Shown here: piece by piece, positions 7,488 through 16,329 of the stretch
How the letters are laid out: every line of letters begins with the position of its first letter
Numbering within the stretch: position 1 is the stretch's first letter
Made by a program: the position numbers and the translations under genes
Assembly (NCBI GenBank): GCA_043799385.1
Contig: JAZDNV010000014.1
Span: 1-20,128 of the forward strand
DNA: 20,128 nt
Source of the DNA: Candidatus Aenigmatarchaeota archaeon
GTDB taxonomy: Archaea; Aenigmatarchaeota; Aenigmatarchaeia; GW2011-AR5
Direction: 5' to 3'
The notes under the pieces: generated by a model
Databases searched by the model: none
Seen by the model: the letters and a program-made list of their open reading frames with translations, nothing else
Told to the model about the DNA's origin: nothing

Positions 7488-8342
7488 ATGGCAGAAAAAA
7501 AGTTGTTTTATCCCGGTCACTCTAGCTGCGCCGGCTGCCCTGAAATGATTGCAGTGCGGACGATTCTGGACGTTGCAGGAAAAAACACGATAATATCAAT
7601 TCCTACCGGCTGCCTGGAGATAACGACAACCCCATATCCTGTAACGTCATGGGGCGTGCCGTGCATCCACGTTGCGTTCGAAACAGGAGCGTCGGTCGCC
7701 ACAGGCATAGCCTCGGCCGTAAAGGCGCTGAATAAGGATGCAAACGTCATCGTCATAGCCGGCGACGGAGCTACGTATGATATTGGTTTCCAGGCTCTGT
7801 CAGGCATGCTCGAGCGGAAGAACAACGTCTGCTATATTTGTTTAGATAATGGCGCCTATATGAATACCGGCATACAGAGAAGCGGTGCGACGCCATACGG
7901 TGCAGCGACGACTACGAGTCCTGCAGGAAAAAAATCCTTTGGAAACGTAACTTTCAAAAAACCGATTGTTGAGATAGCAGCTGCGCACAGGATACCCTAC
8001 GCAGCTTCTGCATCCATTGGATTTCTGCCAGACCTGAAAGCAAAACTAAAGAAGGCGTTGGAGAAGAAGCCTTCTTTCCTAAATATCGATTGCCCATGCC
8101 CGCTTGGATGGCGTTTTGAGTCATCCAAAACAATAGATGTCGCGAAGATGAATGCTGACTGTGGATTAACGTTCCTTTACGAGATAGAAGACGGAAAATT
8201 TACGTTGAATCGCGAGCCTAGTAAGAAGGCCAGTGAATGCGTGAGGATGCAGGGTCGTTTCAGGCATCTAACAGACGATGATATAGAAAGAATACAGGCC
8301 TATATTAATAATGAGCTGAAGAGATACAAGGAATTGCGATGA
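7488..8342 (+). CDS. porB: Pyruvate/2-oxoacid:ferredoxin oxidoreductase beta subunit (TPP-binding)
   Basis: GHSSCAGC, TGCLE, TPP motif GDG...DN.AYMNTG.QRS.ATP and CPCP.GW. Start is ATG 7488, or alternatively GTG 7476. Confidence 0.95.
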   Translation: MAEKKLFYPGHSSCAGCPEMIAVRTILDVAGKNTIISIPTGCLEITTTPYPVTSWGVPCIHVAFETGASVATGIASAVKALNKDANVIVIAGDGATYDIGFQALSGMLERKNNVCYICLDNGAYMNTGIQRSGATPYGAATTTSPAGKKSFGNVTFKKPIVEIAAAHRIPYAASASIGFLPDLKAKLKKALEKKPSFLNIDCPCPLGWRFESSKTIDVAKMNADCGLTFLYEIEDGKFTLNREPSKKASECVRMQGRFRHLTDDDIERIQAYINNELKRYKELR

Positions 8343-9124
8343 TGGATTTCTTTGAAAAATATTTTCTGGAACCGATGGGACACTACTACACGTTGCAGGC
8401 AACGATAGTTTATGCAGTATTGTTTGTTGCTGCTGTTATGCTTGCCTACAGGTATATACTGAAGGGCAGAATAAAAATAGATAAAAAATTTATCGTATCC
8501 CTAGTTCCGTTCATATTAATCGGAGGCGTCATGCGCGCGCTCGAGGACGCAAATTTTTATTCAGGACTACTCTTCGTATCGCCTGGGATTTATGTCACGA
8601 TATTTATCATCACAATTTTTTCATTGACCCTGTCTTTAGCTCTTCAGAAGTACATGAAAAGGCCATACTGGCACTTCATGCTGCTCATGGGTTCTATTAT
8701 AATATTTTATAATCTCATGCAGGTTTTGATGATCGGGATAAAAAACTTCCAAGCACTCCTAATGATTTCAGGGTTGATGCTTTTCTGGTTGTTTGTATTC
8801 TTCTCAATATCAAAGTTCTTTCCAAAATACCTTAGCAGAATGAATTTGTTGATACTCTTATCTCATCTTCTGGACGCAAGCTCCAGTTTTGTGGCAGTAA
8901 CGTTTTTCGGTTACGTTGAACAGCACGTTGTCGCAGGCTTTCTTGCTCAATACGGTTTATGGACGCTATTCCTGCTAAAGATAGCGGTCGTGTGGCCAAC
9001 ACTGCTCATATTTGATAAGCATGTCAGGGATAAGGAGATGGTAATATGGCTCAAGGTCGCGGTTCTGACGCTTGGACTAGCGCTCGGCACCAGGAACCTG
9101 CTCAGCGTATCGATGCTAGTTTAA
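8339..9124 (+). CDS. DUF63 family archaeal membrane protein
   Basis: Multi-TM protein with PFILIGG..RALEDA, SPGIY, H.LDA..S......GY.EQHV and LGLA.G.RN motifs. ATGA overlap with porB. Confidence 0.82.
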   Translation: MMDFFEKYFLEPMGHYYTLQATIVYAVLFVAAVMLAYRYILKGRIKIDKKFIVSLVPFILIGGVMRALEDANFYSGLLFVSPGIYVTIFIITIFSLTLSLALQKYMKRPYWHFMLLMGSIIIFYNLMQVLMIGIKNFQALLMISGLMLFWLFVFFSISKFFPKYLSRMNLLILLSHLLDASSSFVAVTFFGYVEQHVVAGFLAQYGLWTLFLLKIAVVWPTLLIFDKHVRDKEMVIWLKVAVLTLGLALGTRNLLSVSMLV

Positions 9125-11646
9125 TCCTTCGTGGGCCAGAACAAGTATGCTAGGATTACTATGATGGTAATCACAACGATGTAAGGTATCAGCGCAAAGA
9201 TGTCTATTCCGGATAAAGCAGATATCCTATTTCTCAAATCATCGATACCTGTCCCATCCAGTATGTTCTTTGCCTTCGAGTAATCGTTGTCGTTCATCGC
9301 ACCTTTTGCGTTTTTCAGCTTGTTTTCCAGCTCTTCCAGCTGCTTAAGCAAAGCCTGCACGTCAATGCCCTTGCCCTGCAGGTATTTTATCATCTCCCTG
9401 AGTTTTGATACCTCATCCAGATAATTGTTGTAGGTGTTGTTTATGATGACTATTGTCGAATTTGACGGCAGAACATTCAAGGTGAATGCAACACTGTCAG
9501 TGACCGTGGTTGTGCCGGATGCAGAGACAGATGCCGTTACGTCGTAATTTTTTATAGCCACATCGTTCGGGACGGTGAAATCAAAAACAAAACTCCCGTT
9601 TTCGTTTGAGTTCAGACTCGATACAGAGCTCTTCAATGAATAAAATGTTACGCCGGAAATAGTCATGGTAATGCCAGTGAGCGTTGATTTGCCGGTATTT
9701 TTGACCACGAGTGTTGTGTTTTTGCTTGCGCCCTGCACGATACTCAACGAGGCATTATAGCTGACTATGTCTATCGACTCATTGGTCGTTTCAACGGTCG
9801 GGTTTGTTATCGCTCCGGTTTCGTTCGTGACAGTTGTAATGAACGTTCCAGAGATTTCCGTTCCGTCTTTTATATAATATGTTCCGTTGTAATTTCCTAC
9901 CGTCTGATTCGTGACATTTATCCTAAAAGTCACTTGCACGTCTTTTACCAGCGTTGATGCATATGTGTCATAAAAACTAGATACTTCCGTATAGTCGTTG
10001 TAAACCGGTATCGTGTTCGTCGTCCCTTGGCTGTTTTTGTATATGAGGAAAAAGCACTGGCTGCAGTCGTTGTAACCAAGTGTTCCTGTCGTTGATGTTA
10101 TGTTGGATAACTTGAATTTCAGCGTATCGCCTTTCAGCGTTATGCTTATATCTATGAGCGCAGACCTTCTCGAAGACGTCGGATTGGATACCACGACGCC
10201 TGTTACGTTGAAATAGGATGACGAGTTTATGTACAATGTGGAATTCGCCGAATTGTCTGCAGAATCCGTTGCAAATATGGTCATGTTGAAAATCCCTATT
10301 GGCAGGTTAATCATGTTTTTTGAATGATTTATCGTGCAATAAGCAAGCGAGCAGCTGAGGCTTTCATTATAGACAAAGGATGAGTTGTATATCGAGTAAC
10401 GCAAGCTTGTGATTGGTGAGATGGTTCCGTTTGCATCAAGATTCAACTGCATAGTGTCATTTATAGTGGGCGCCCCGGCTACTGTTATTATCGGGTCTAA
10501 GTTGTCTATAGTATACGTTACCAGCGGACTCGTTGAAGAGCCGCCGTCTGTTAAAATATTTCCTGCAGCGTCCTCTGCGTAAATCCAGAAGCTGACGTTC
10601 CTGCCATTCGGGACAAACGAGTCGTTTATTGTTATGTAATACATTGACTCAGTCCCGAGCATCGTTTCTTTCCTGTATTCGCCTGGATCCATAACGCCAT
10701 CGCTGTTTATGTCTTCTGTTCCGTTAGCGCGGAAATAGTATATGTCAATGCTGCCCTTCGGATGCGATTCTATCAGCGTTATATTTATGTTCCGCGCGGA
10801 CGAGTTGTGCTTGAACGATTTATCGGTCGGCAGGACCCTGAGTATATGAGGAGGGATGTTGTCTATGGCAACCGGTATATCCGAATCTTTCTTTCCATCG
10901 TTTGCAACATCGCTCTCCAGCCTGATGCTTTTGTCGTGTGTGGCCCTTATCGTTCTCGTTGCCGCAACCGTCGCGGAAGAAACGACAGTGAAATTAATCG
11001 TGTATTTTCCATCATAGCTCGCATCCTCGTTCAAGCTGAGCAAAATGCTGTCAGCCTCGCCGACAACGGACACGTTCAGGCTCCTGTTTTCTGCAGACGC
11101 CTTTGCATAGACGACAACATAAACCGTGTCATTCTCCTTGAAATACAGCGGCGAGTAGTCAATCTTATCCGCCTTTTTGACGCCTGTTGAAGGGCTCTTG
11201 AAAACAATTATGTTGTCCTTGACATCAAACACGATTTTTATAATGCTATAGCTTCCGTCGTTGTCGAGATCAACCTTTGCAGTGACGTTATCGCCGCCAG
11301 AACAGTTGATTCTCGGATATGGATACGTCGATGACGTCGCATTGCTGCTCAGCGTTTCTGCTGCCTGGAACTCGCCTTCAAATATGCCTGTGCTGACTTC
11401 AGTTTCAGTGACAGTTATATTGACGTCAGAGTGTGAGTTGTTCAATCTCACGATGTAGCTATCGCGAAGTGCGTTGTTCACATTTGCGGACGGGTTCGTG
11501 ATTTTTATCTTGATGATGTCCCATTGGTAGACCAGCGCGTTTGTTATCTTTATACTATCCTTATAGAAATCCGCGTCGTCTATGTAGGCCATTGCCGCGG
11601 GAATCATGAGCAACGCCACGACCGCGCATAAAAAAATCCTTGCCAT
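9121..11646 (-). CDS. Large membrane-anchored cell-surface (S-layer-associated-like) glycoprotein
   Basis: Sec signal MARIFLCAVVALLMIPAAMA. ATG 11646 is preferred over GTG 11667 because TTTAAG lies ~25 nt upstream. Ig-like repeats (YAEDAAGN, FATDSADN), many N-x-S/T sequons, a CARDB/NEW3-like domain (VKNTG...FTVP), a predicted helical/coiled-coil segment and a C-terminal TM. Confidence 0.8.
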   Translation of the reverse strand: MARIFLCAVVALLMIPAAMAYIDDADFYKDSIKITNALVYQWDIIKIKITNPSANVNNALRDSYIVRLNNSHSDVNITVTETEVSTGIFEGEFQAAETLSSNATSSTYPYPRINCSGGDNVTAKVDLDNDGSYSIIKIVFDVKDNIIVFKSPSTGVKKADKIDYSPLYFKENDTVYVVVYAKASAENRSLNVSVVGEADSILLSLNEDASYDGKYTINFTVVSSATVAATRTIRATHDKSIRLESDVANDGKKDSDIPVAIDNIPPHILRVLPTDKSFKHNSSARNINITLIESHPKGSIDIYYFRANGTEDINSDGVMDPGEYRKETMLGTESMYYITINDSFVPNGRNVSFWIYAEDAAGNILTDGGSSTSPLVTYTIDNLDPIITVAGAPTINDTMQLNLDANGTISPITSLRYSIYNSSFVYNESLSCSLAYCTINHSKNMINLPIGIFNMTIFATDSADNSANSTLYINSSSYFNVTGVVVSNPTSSRRSALIDISITLKGDTLKFKLSNITSTTGTLGYNDCSQCFFLIYKNSQGTTNTIPVYNDYTEVSSFYDTYASTLVKDVQVTFRINVTNQTVGNYNGTYYIKDGTEISGTFITTVTNETGAITNPTVETTNESIDIVSYNASLSIVQGASKNTTLVVKNTGKSTLTGITMTISGVTFYSLKSSVSSLNSNENGSFVFDFTVPNDVAIKNYDVTASVSASGTTTVTDSVAFTLNVLPSNSTIVIINNTYNNYLDEVSKLREMIKYLQGKGIDVQALLKQLEELENKLKNAKGAMNDNDYSKAKNILDGTGIDDLRNRISALSGIDIFALIPYIVVITIIVILAYLFWPTKD

Positions 11647-11705
11647 AATCTCATTTAGACCAACCACAACTTAAAGTTTTTGAATCTATCTCACAAATAA
11701 TTATC

Positions 11706-12050
11706 ATGTACAAACAAGTTATAGTGGTCCGTTCTGATCTGAAGATGTCTGAGGGAAAATTAGCCGTGCAAGTCGCTCATGCGTCATTATCGTCAGCGGA
11801 AAAGGTTACCAAGAAGATTCTTGGCGCATGGTCGGAAGACGGCCAGAAAAAAATCGTCCTGAAGGTAAAAAGTCTTGATGAATTGCTCGATCTGAAGGAT
11901 AAATGCAGAAAATTGTCATTGCCGCACTCGCTTATAACAGACGCAGGTCTTACGGAATTTGATAAGCCCACGGTGACTGCGCTGGGCATAGGACCGGACG
12001 ACGAGAAGAAGATAGACAAAGTTACTGGTTCTTTACCGCTTCTCAAATGA
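11706..12050 (+). CDS. pth2: Peptidyl-tRNA hydrolase, archaeal/eukaryal type
   Basis: KQVIVVRSDLKMSEGKLAVQVAHA, W...GQKKIVLK, DAGLTE, T.LGIGP, IDKVTG.L.LL. Confidence 0.97.
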   Translation: MYKQVIVVRSDLKMSEGKLAVQVAHASLSSAEKVTKKILGAWSEDGQKKIVLKVKSLDELLDLKDKCRKLSLPHSLITDAGLTEFDKPTVTALGIGPDDEKKIDKVTGSLPLLK

Positions 12051-12054
12051 TTTT

Positions 12055-13011
12055 ATGTATAAAAGATGGCTCCGTTCAAAAGGCATAGGCGGTTTGCTGA
12101 AAGAACCGGAAGACTTCATCGTCAAAGAAATAGTTGATAAATCATTTTTCAGGAAATTTACAAGAACGGATAATGGCGTAAAGCCCATAGACGGCAAATA
12201 CACATTCTTTCTGCTAAAAAAGAAAAATATGACGACAAAGAATGCGATAAAGAAAATTTCAGATTTTTACAGCGTGAATGAAGATAACTTTGGTTATGCT
12301 GGTCTGAAGGACAAGTTCGCGGTTACTTGGCAATACATGACCACAAAGGCAGATGTCAGCAATGCGAAAATAGGCGATATCGACGTTGAGGTGATAGGCA
12401 AGACCGATAAAAGGCTGTCGATAGGCAATCTCATTGGAAATGAATTCACCATAACTCTGCATGGTTGCAGAACAGAGAATCTGGAAAAAATTCTTGAAGA
12501 ATTAAAGCAGAGAGGCATGCCAAATTATTTTGGCTCACAGCGTTTTGGCAGGAATGAAAACAATCACATGATAGGCAGATGCATAGTCAAGAAAAATTTT
12601 GGCAAGGCGCTGAAAATGATAAACAAGAACAGCAAAGCAGAGTACAGGAACATCAGATACGTCCCAAAGGACCTGCTCAGATTTTTCATCCATGCATACC
12701 AGTCATGGATTTTCAATGAAATCCTCAGTCAATCCATCAGGAAGAAGAAGGCCTTGAAGGAAATAGAGATTATTGGTTACAACAAAAAGGTAATTGGCAA
12801 TGAGATAGTTAAGAAAGAAAAGATATCTCCGAAAGATTTTCGTGTTGACGCCATTCACATATCGTGCAGTGGAACAAAGAGAATTGCTTTCATAAAACCT
12901 GGGGTCAGGTATGATGTTAACGGTAAAGATGTAAAATTATGCTTCACCCTGCCGAAAGGAAGCTATGCTACGGTTTTATTGGCTGAGCTCGGAGCTATGG
13001 CTGATAGATAA
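12055..13011 (+). CDS. truD: tRNA pseudouridine(13) synthase
   Basis: PEDFIVKE, catalytic GYAGLKDKFAVTWQ, GNLIGNEF, PNYFGSQRFG, HAYQSWIFN, FTLPKGSYAT. Confidence 0.95.
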   Translation: MYKRWLRSKGIGGLLKEPEDFIVKEIVDKSFFRKFTRTDNGVKPIDGKYTFFLLKKKNMTTKNAIKKISDFYSVNEDNFGYAGLKDKFAVTWQYMTTKADVSNAKIGDIDVEVIGKTDKRLSIGNLIGNEFTITLHGCRTENLEKILEELKQRGMPNYFGSQRFGRNENNHMIGRCIVKKNFGKALKMINKNSKAEYRNIRYVPKDLLRFFIHAYQSWIFNEILSQSIRKKKALKEIEIIGYNKKVIGNEIVKKEKISPKDFRVDAIHISCSGTKRIAFIKPGVRYDVNGKDVKLCFTLPKGSYATVLLAELGAMADR

Positions 13012-14341
13012 TTACTCTATCCCATCCGCTGCCGAATTCCCTGATTTTTTTAATATAACTCATCATATCCAGTCTCTTTGCATATTCCGGCATATCTACT
13101 TCAGCAAAATCAACGACTATGTATTTTATCTTGTACGTTTCATTGATTAACTGGGATTCACTTGGAGGGAAAGCCAAAATTTTTGCGTTTGTAATGTACC
13201 TCATGACAGGATAATTGCTTGCTACAATGTATTCATCCTCACTAACGCGATCCTTCAGAAATTCTGCAGCGTTTTTTATATTCAAACCAGAATCCCTACC
13301 ATTGATCATAAGAATCGCTGAAGAAGAGACGTTCAATAATATCAGTATTGAAAAAATTATAGGTATTATAATTTTCTTTTTCTTTACCCTGCTCTCTAAG
13401 TTTTTAAGTCCTAACGCGCATGGAAGTAGGAAAATGAATGAGAATGCAACCAGATATCTGAGCTCTTTCCTCATGGAAAAAGAGAAAATCATGAATATTA
13501 TAATAACCGATATTATGGCAAGCTTGCTAAAATTTTTGTCGAAAAACTTTTTATTTAAAAATGCTGGAAACAACAGTATCGGAATGCCGAATATGGCCAC
13601 TGAATATATTATGTAGAAGAATACCGAACCTGAGTAATATGCCTCTGAGACCGGGCTTGTTATCGTATCCATCTGTGCCTTGTAAGAGCCGAATATGTTG
13701 CCGTAATATGTATAGCTAATCAGTAGCCACGGTATCATCAGCAAAATAAAAATAATCGCAGATAAAACAAATTCCTTTGATTTTATAACGGAAAGTTTTT
13801 TTCTGATATAGATGTAGATAATGAATGTTGGTATGAGATAGATTCCCTGGTATTTCGTTAAGAAAGAAAGCCCGGTTAAAAGCCCGACCAATGGCATGTA
13901 TCTTTTATCCTTCTCTATTGAAATGTAGAAAAATAGCAGAGAAGAACTGAAAAGAAACAGAAAGATAGTTTCTGTCAGCAATCTTTCGCCGAAGAATAGC
14001 AGCAATGGCGACGTCAGCAGAAATGAGGACAGATAAAATGCCGTTTTTTTGTCATAGAACCTTGATATAAAATGATAAATTACAAACACTGACGAGAACA
14101 TGAAAATTATCGGCAGAACCTTCAGGAAATGTTCTCCCAACGGATAAAGAATATATAGAATAAATGGAAAGAAAGGCGCACGAAAGCTTTCGTCTCCTGC
14201 CATGTTTACAAAGTATTCCCCGTTTTTAATGTTTCTTGCCAAATCCATGTATACAGCTTCGTCCCAGTAATAGGCACCATTGAAATTATAGAACAATAAC
14301 CATGGCAATGATAGAATAAGCAAAACAATCAGAAACCTCAT
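12995..14341 (-). CDS. GT-C fold membrane glycosyltransferase (GT39/GT83, PMT_2/ArnT-like)
   Basis: WDEAVY after the first TM, R.P.FP, LTE, GLSFLTKY, PWL..SY.YYGN, KE.RY, about 11 TM segments and a soluble C-terminal domain. Confidence 0.85.
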   Translation of the reverse strand: MRFLIVLLILSLPWLLFYNFNGAYYWDEAVYMDLARNIKNGEYFVNMAGDESFRAPFFPFILYILYPLGEHFLKVLPIIFMFSSVFVIYHFISRFYDKKTAFYLSSFLLTSPLLLFFGERLLTETIFLFLFSSSLLFFYISIEKDKRYMPLVGLLTGLSFLTKYQGIYLIPTFIIYIYIRKKLSVIKSKEFVLSAIIFILLMIPWLLISYTYYGNIFGSYKAQMDTITSPVSEAYYSGSVFFYIIYSVAIFGIPILLFPAFLNKKFFDKNFSKLAIISVIIIFMIFSFSMRKELRYLVAFSFIFLLPCALGLKNLESRVKKKKIIIPIIFSILILLNVSSSAILMINGRDSGLNIKNAAEFLKDRVSEDEYIVASNYPVMRYITNAKILAFPPSESQLINETYKIKYIVVDFAEVDMPEYAKRLDMMSYIKKIREFGSGWDRVIIYQP

Positions 14342-14383
14342 AGATATCCTTATATTCGAATCTTTTAAATTTTTAAATCTTCG

Positions 14384-15061
14384 TCAACAAAAATCAAAAT
14401 CTCTCCTATACCTGCATAATATATATTCAAAATTCGATTTGTCCCTCAGCCCATTAATCAACTCTTCTTCCACAACCATGCTTGGATACCGGGTTATGTT
14501 GTAATAACCCATTATTATTTTCATGGAAGGCTCGCTGACATCCGCGTTCAAAGCAAAAATCAATATATTGTCTTCCAGTTTTTTCTTGAAATATGTCAGG
14601 ACAAACGACTGCGTGTCACAATCCCGACACTCTGACGAAAAGAAGTAAAGAGTGGTTATGAAATCCGATTTACATGTCTGCTTCATCTCTTTTGCCATAA
14701 GCCAGTAGGTGACCAGCAGTCTGCTGTATCTTGCCTGCAGCTCGGCATATGATTCGTCATACTCTTTTTTGCCTTCCCTATAGAGTTCCAGATTATTCCC
14801 AAGTTCAGCGGATTGTTTGTTTATGTCAACTATTCTGGTCTTCAGGAGCGAGCACGTAGCATTCTCTCCCAAAGTCTTGAGCATCAGCGTCTCGAGTTGA
14901 AAGCTCTCCAGTTCGCTGTTAACCTTTTCCAGGTCGCTTTCGATCATGACGACCTTTTTTTGGCTCAGCATCGTGCCGACAAATACCCCCGAAACGAATA
15001 TTATGACTGTTATTACCAATGCGCTTACCAGCGTTTTGGCGTGCAATTCCTTTTTTGGCAT
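14384..15061 (-). CDS. Membrane-anchored protein: N-terminal TM, helical/coiled-coil region, C-terminal thioredoxin-like domain (CxxC)
   Basis: TM ALVITVIIFVSGVFVG, then YFFSSECRDC...YNITRYPSMVV....GL (Trx-fold pattern with cis-Pro-like YP). SD GGTGA at 15070-15066 just after the GT2 stop. Confidence 0.72.
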   Translation of the reverse strand: MPKKELHAKTLVSALVITVIIFVSGVFVGTMLSQKKVVMIESDLEKVNSELESFQLETLMLKTLGENATCSLLKTRIVDINKQSAELGNNLELYREGKKEYDESYAELQARYSRLLVTYWLMAKEMKQTCKSDFITTLYFFSSECRDCDTQSFVLTYFKKKLEDNILIFALNADVSEPSMKIIMGYYNITRYPSMVVEEELINGLRDKSNFEYILCRYRRDFDFC

Positions 15062-15072
15062 TAGGTCACCAA

Positions 15073-16305
15073 TTACCAGTTTGTCTTTGATTTTTTTATT
15101 TCTTTGAAAATGGACACGGTCCAGAACACCATCATCAATACAGGGAATAAGAATATGTACAAAAAGTATCCCAGTTTGTTGCTTCTTACCTTCCTGCCTA
15201 TGAAGGTAAAGCTTTTGTAGAGCATATACACACCGAGCAACAACGATGACACGGATAAAAGTGTTGTCAGTGTAACTGAGAATATGCTAACGTTAAAGGA
15301 TTCGAACATGCTTATCAGCGGATATATGTCAAAATTTATGTACAGGAGTTTTATTGAACTGGCTATTAAATTAGAAAATACGTTGTAAAGAATGTTGAAC
15401 AGCAAGATAGCAACAACGAAAACCGCTATGATGTTCATTGGAAGGAAAAATACCCCGAGGTTTCCGTACTGCGGGTTGAAAAACATATGTCTGTATTTTA
15501 CCGAGTTCTGGATTACACCGCGATACCATCTTATCCTCTGCCTGTATATTGATTTTATTTTATCAGGGCATACGGTATAGACGTTAGCGTTCTTGGAGCT
15601 CTCGATTTTATAGCCGGCGTTATGCATCCTCAGCGCTATCTCCATGTCTTCTGTGGGATTATTCGTATCAAAATAACCGATTTCCTTTATGACGGATTTT
15701 TTGTAAAGGCTGAACGGTCCTGGTGTCACAGGCGCAGAGTCCATGAAGCACAGTATTTTTCTCAAAAAGATGTTAAGTATGTATTCCGCGTCCTGGATTT
15801 TTTCCCAGAAATTCCTCGGCTTGTAAACCTGCAACGCTGCGGTCACGGCGGCAACGCCAGGGTATTTGAAATAGCCTATCATGTCCTTCAGTGCATCTCT
15901 ATCAACAAAGGAGTCAGAGTCCATGCACGCGATTATTTCGCCTTTGGCTATTCTTATGGCGCGGTTCAGGGAGTACGCTTTTCCTCTGTTCTTTTTGTTG
16001 GCAAGAAGCTTTACCGGATACGCCTTTGCTATCGCCCTTGTAGAGTCACTGGAACCGTCGTCTATGACTATTATCTCCATCAGCCTTTTCGGGTAATTAA
16101 GGTTTAGAAGCGATTCTACCGTCTTTCCGACAGTCTCCTCTTCGTTGTGGGCAGGAACCAAGAAGCTTATGAATGGCTTGTGACTTGATTTTGGGTCATT
16201 CTTGAATCTGTTTCCATTGATTGTAAAAATCAGCAGCCAGAATACAGAAAAGTATATTGCCACAAACCATGCAGCGTAGTTTATCAGTTCAATCAGCGTA
16301 ATCAT
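15073..16305 (-). CDS. Processive family-2 glycosyltransferase (IcaA/PgaC/cellulose-synthase-like)
   Basis: VPAHNEE, DDGSSD, GKAYSLN, DSD (DxD), TED, QRIRW (QxxRW). One N-terminal TM and about three C-terminal TMs. Confidence 0.92.
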   Translation of the reverse strand: MITLIELINYAAWFVAIYFSVFWLLIFTINGNRFKNDPKSSHKPFISFLVPAHNEEETVGKTVESLLNLNYPKRLMEIIVIDDGSSDSTRAIAKAYPVKLLANKKNRGKAYSLNRAIRIAKGEIIACMDSDSFVDRDALKDMIGYFKYPGVAAVTAALQVYKPRNFWEKIQDAEYILNIFLRKILCFMDSAPVTPGPFSLYKKSVIKEIGYFDTNNPTEDMEIALRMHNAGYKIESSKNANVYTVCPDKIKSIYRQRIRWYRGVIQNSVKYRHMFFNPQYGNLGVFFLPMNIIAVFVVAILLFNILYNVFSNLIASSIKLLYINFDIYPLISMFESFNVSIFSVTLTTLLSVSSLLLGVYMLYKSFTFIGRKVRSNKLGYFLYIFLFPVLMMVFWTVSIFKEIKKSKTNW

Positions 16306-16329
16306 AATCCAACCTTATTTTCTTAAGAT

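Noticed and set aside
12995..14341. Horizontal transfer of the visibly AT-rich GT-C gene
   Set aside because: The Ile/Phe/Lys-rich membrane protein composition can explain the bias. There are no mobility genes or flanking repeats, and I did not compute GC content.
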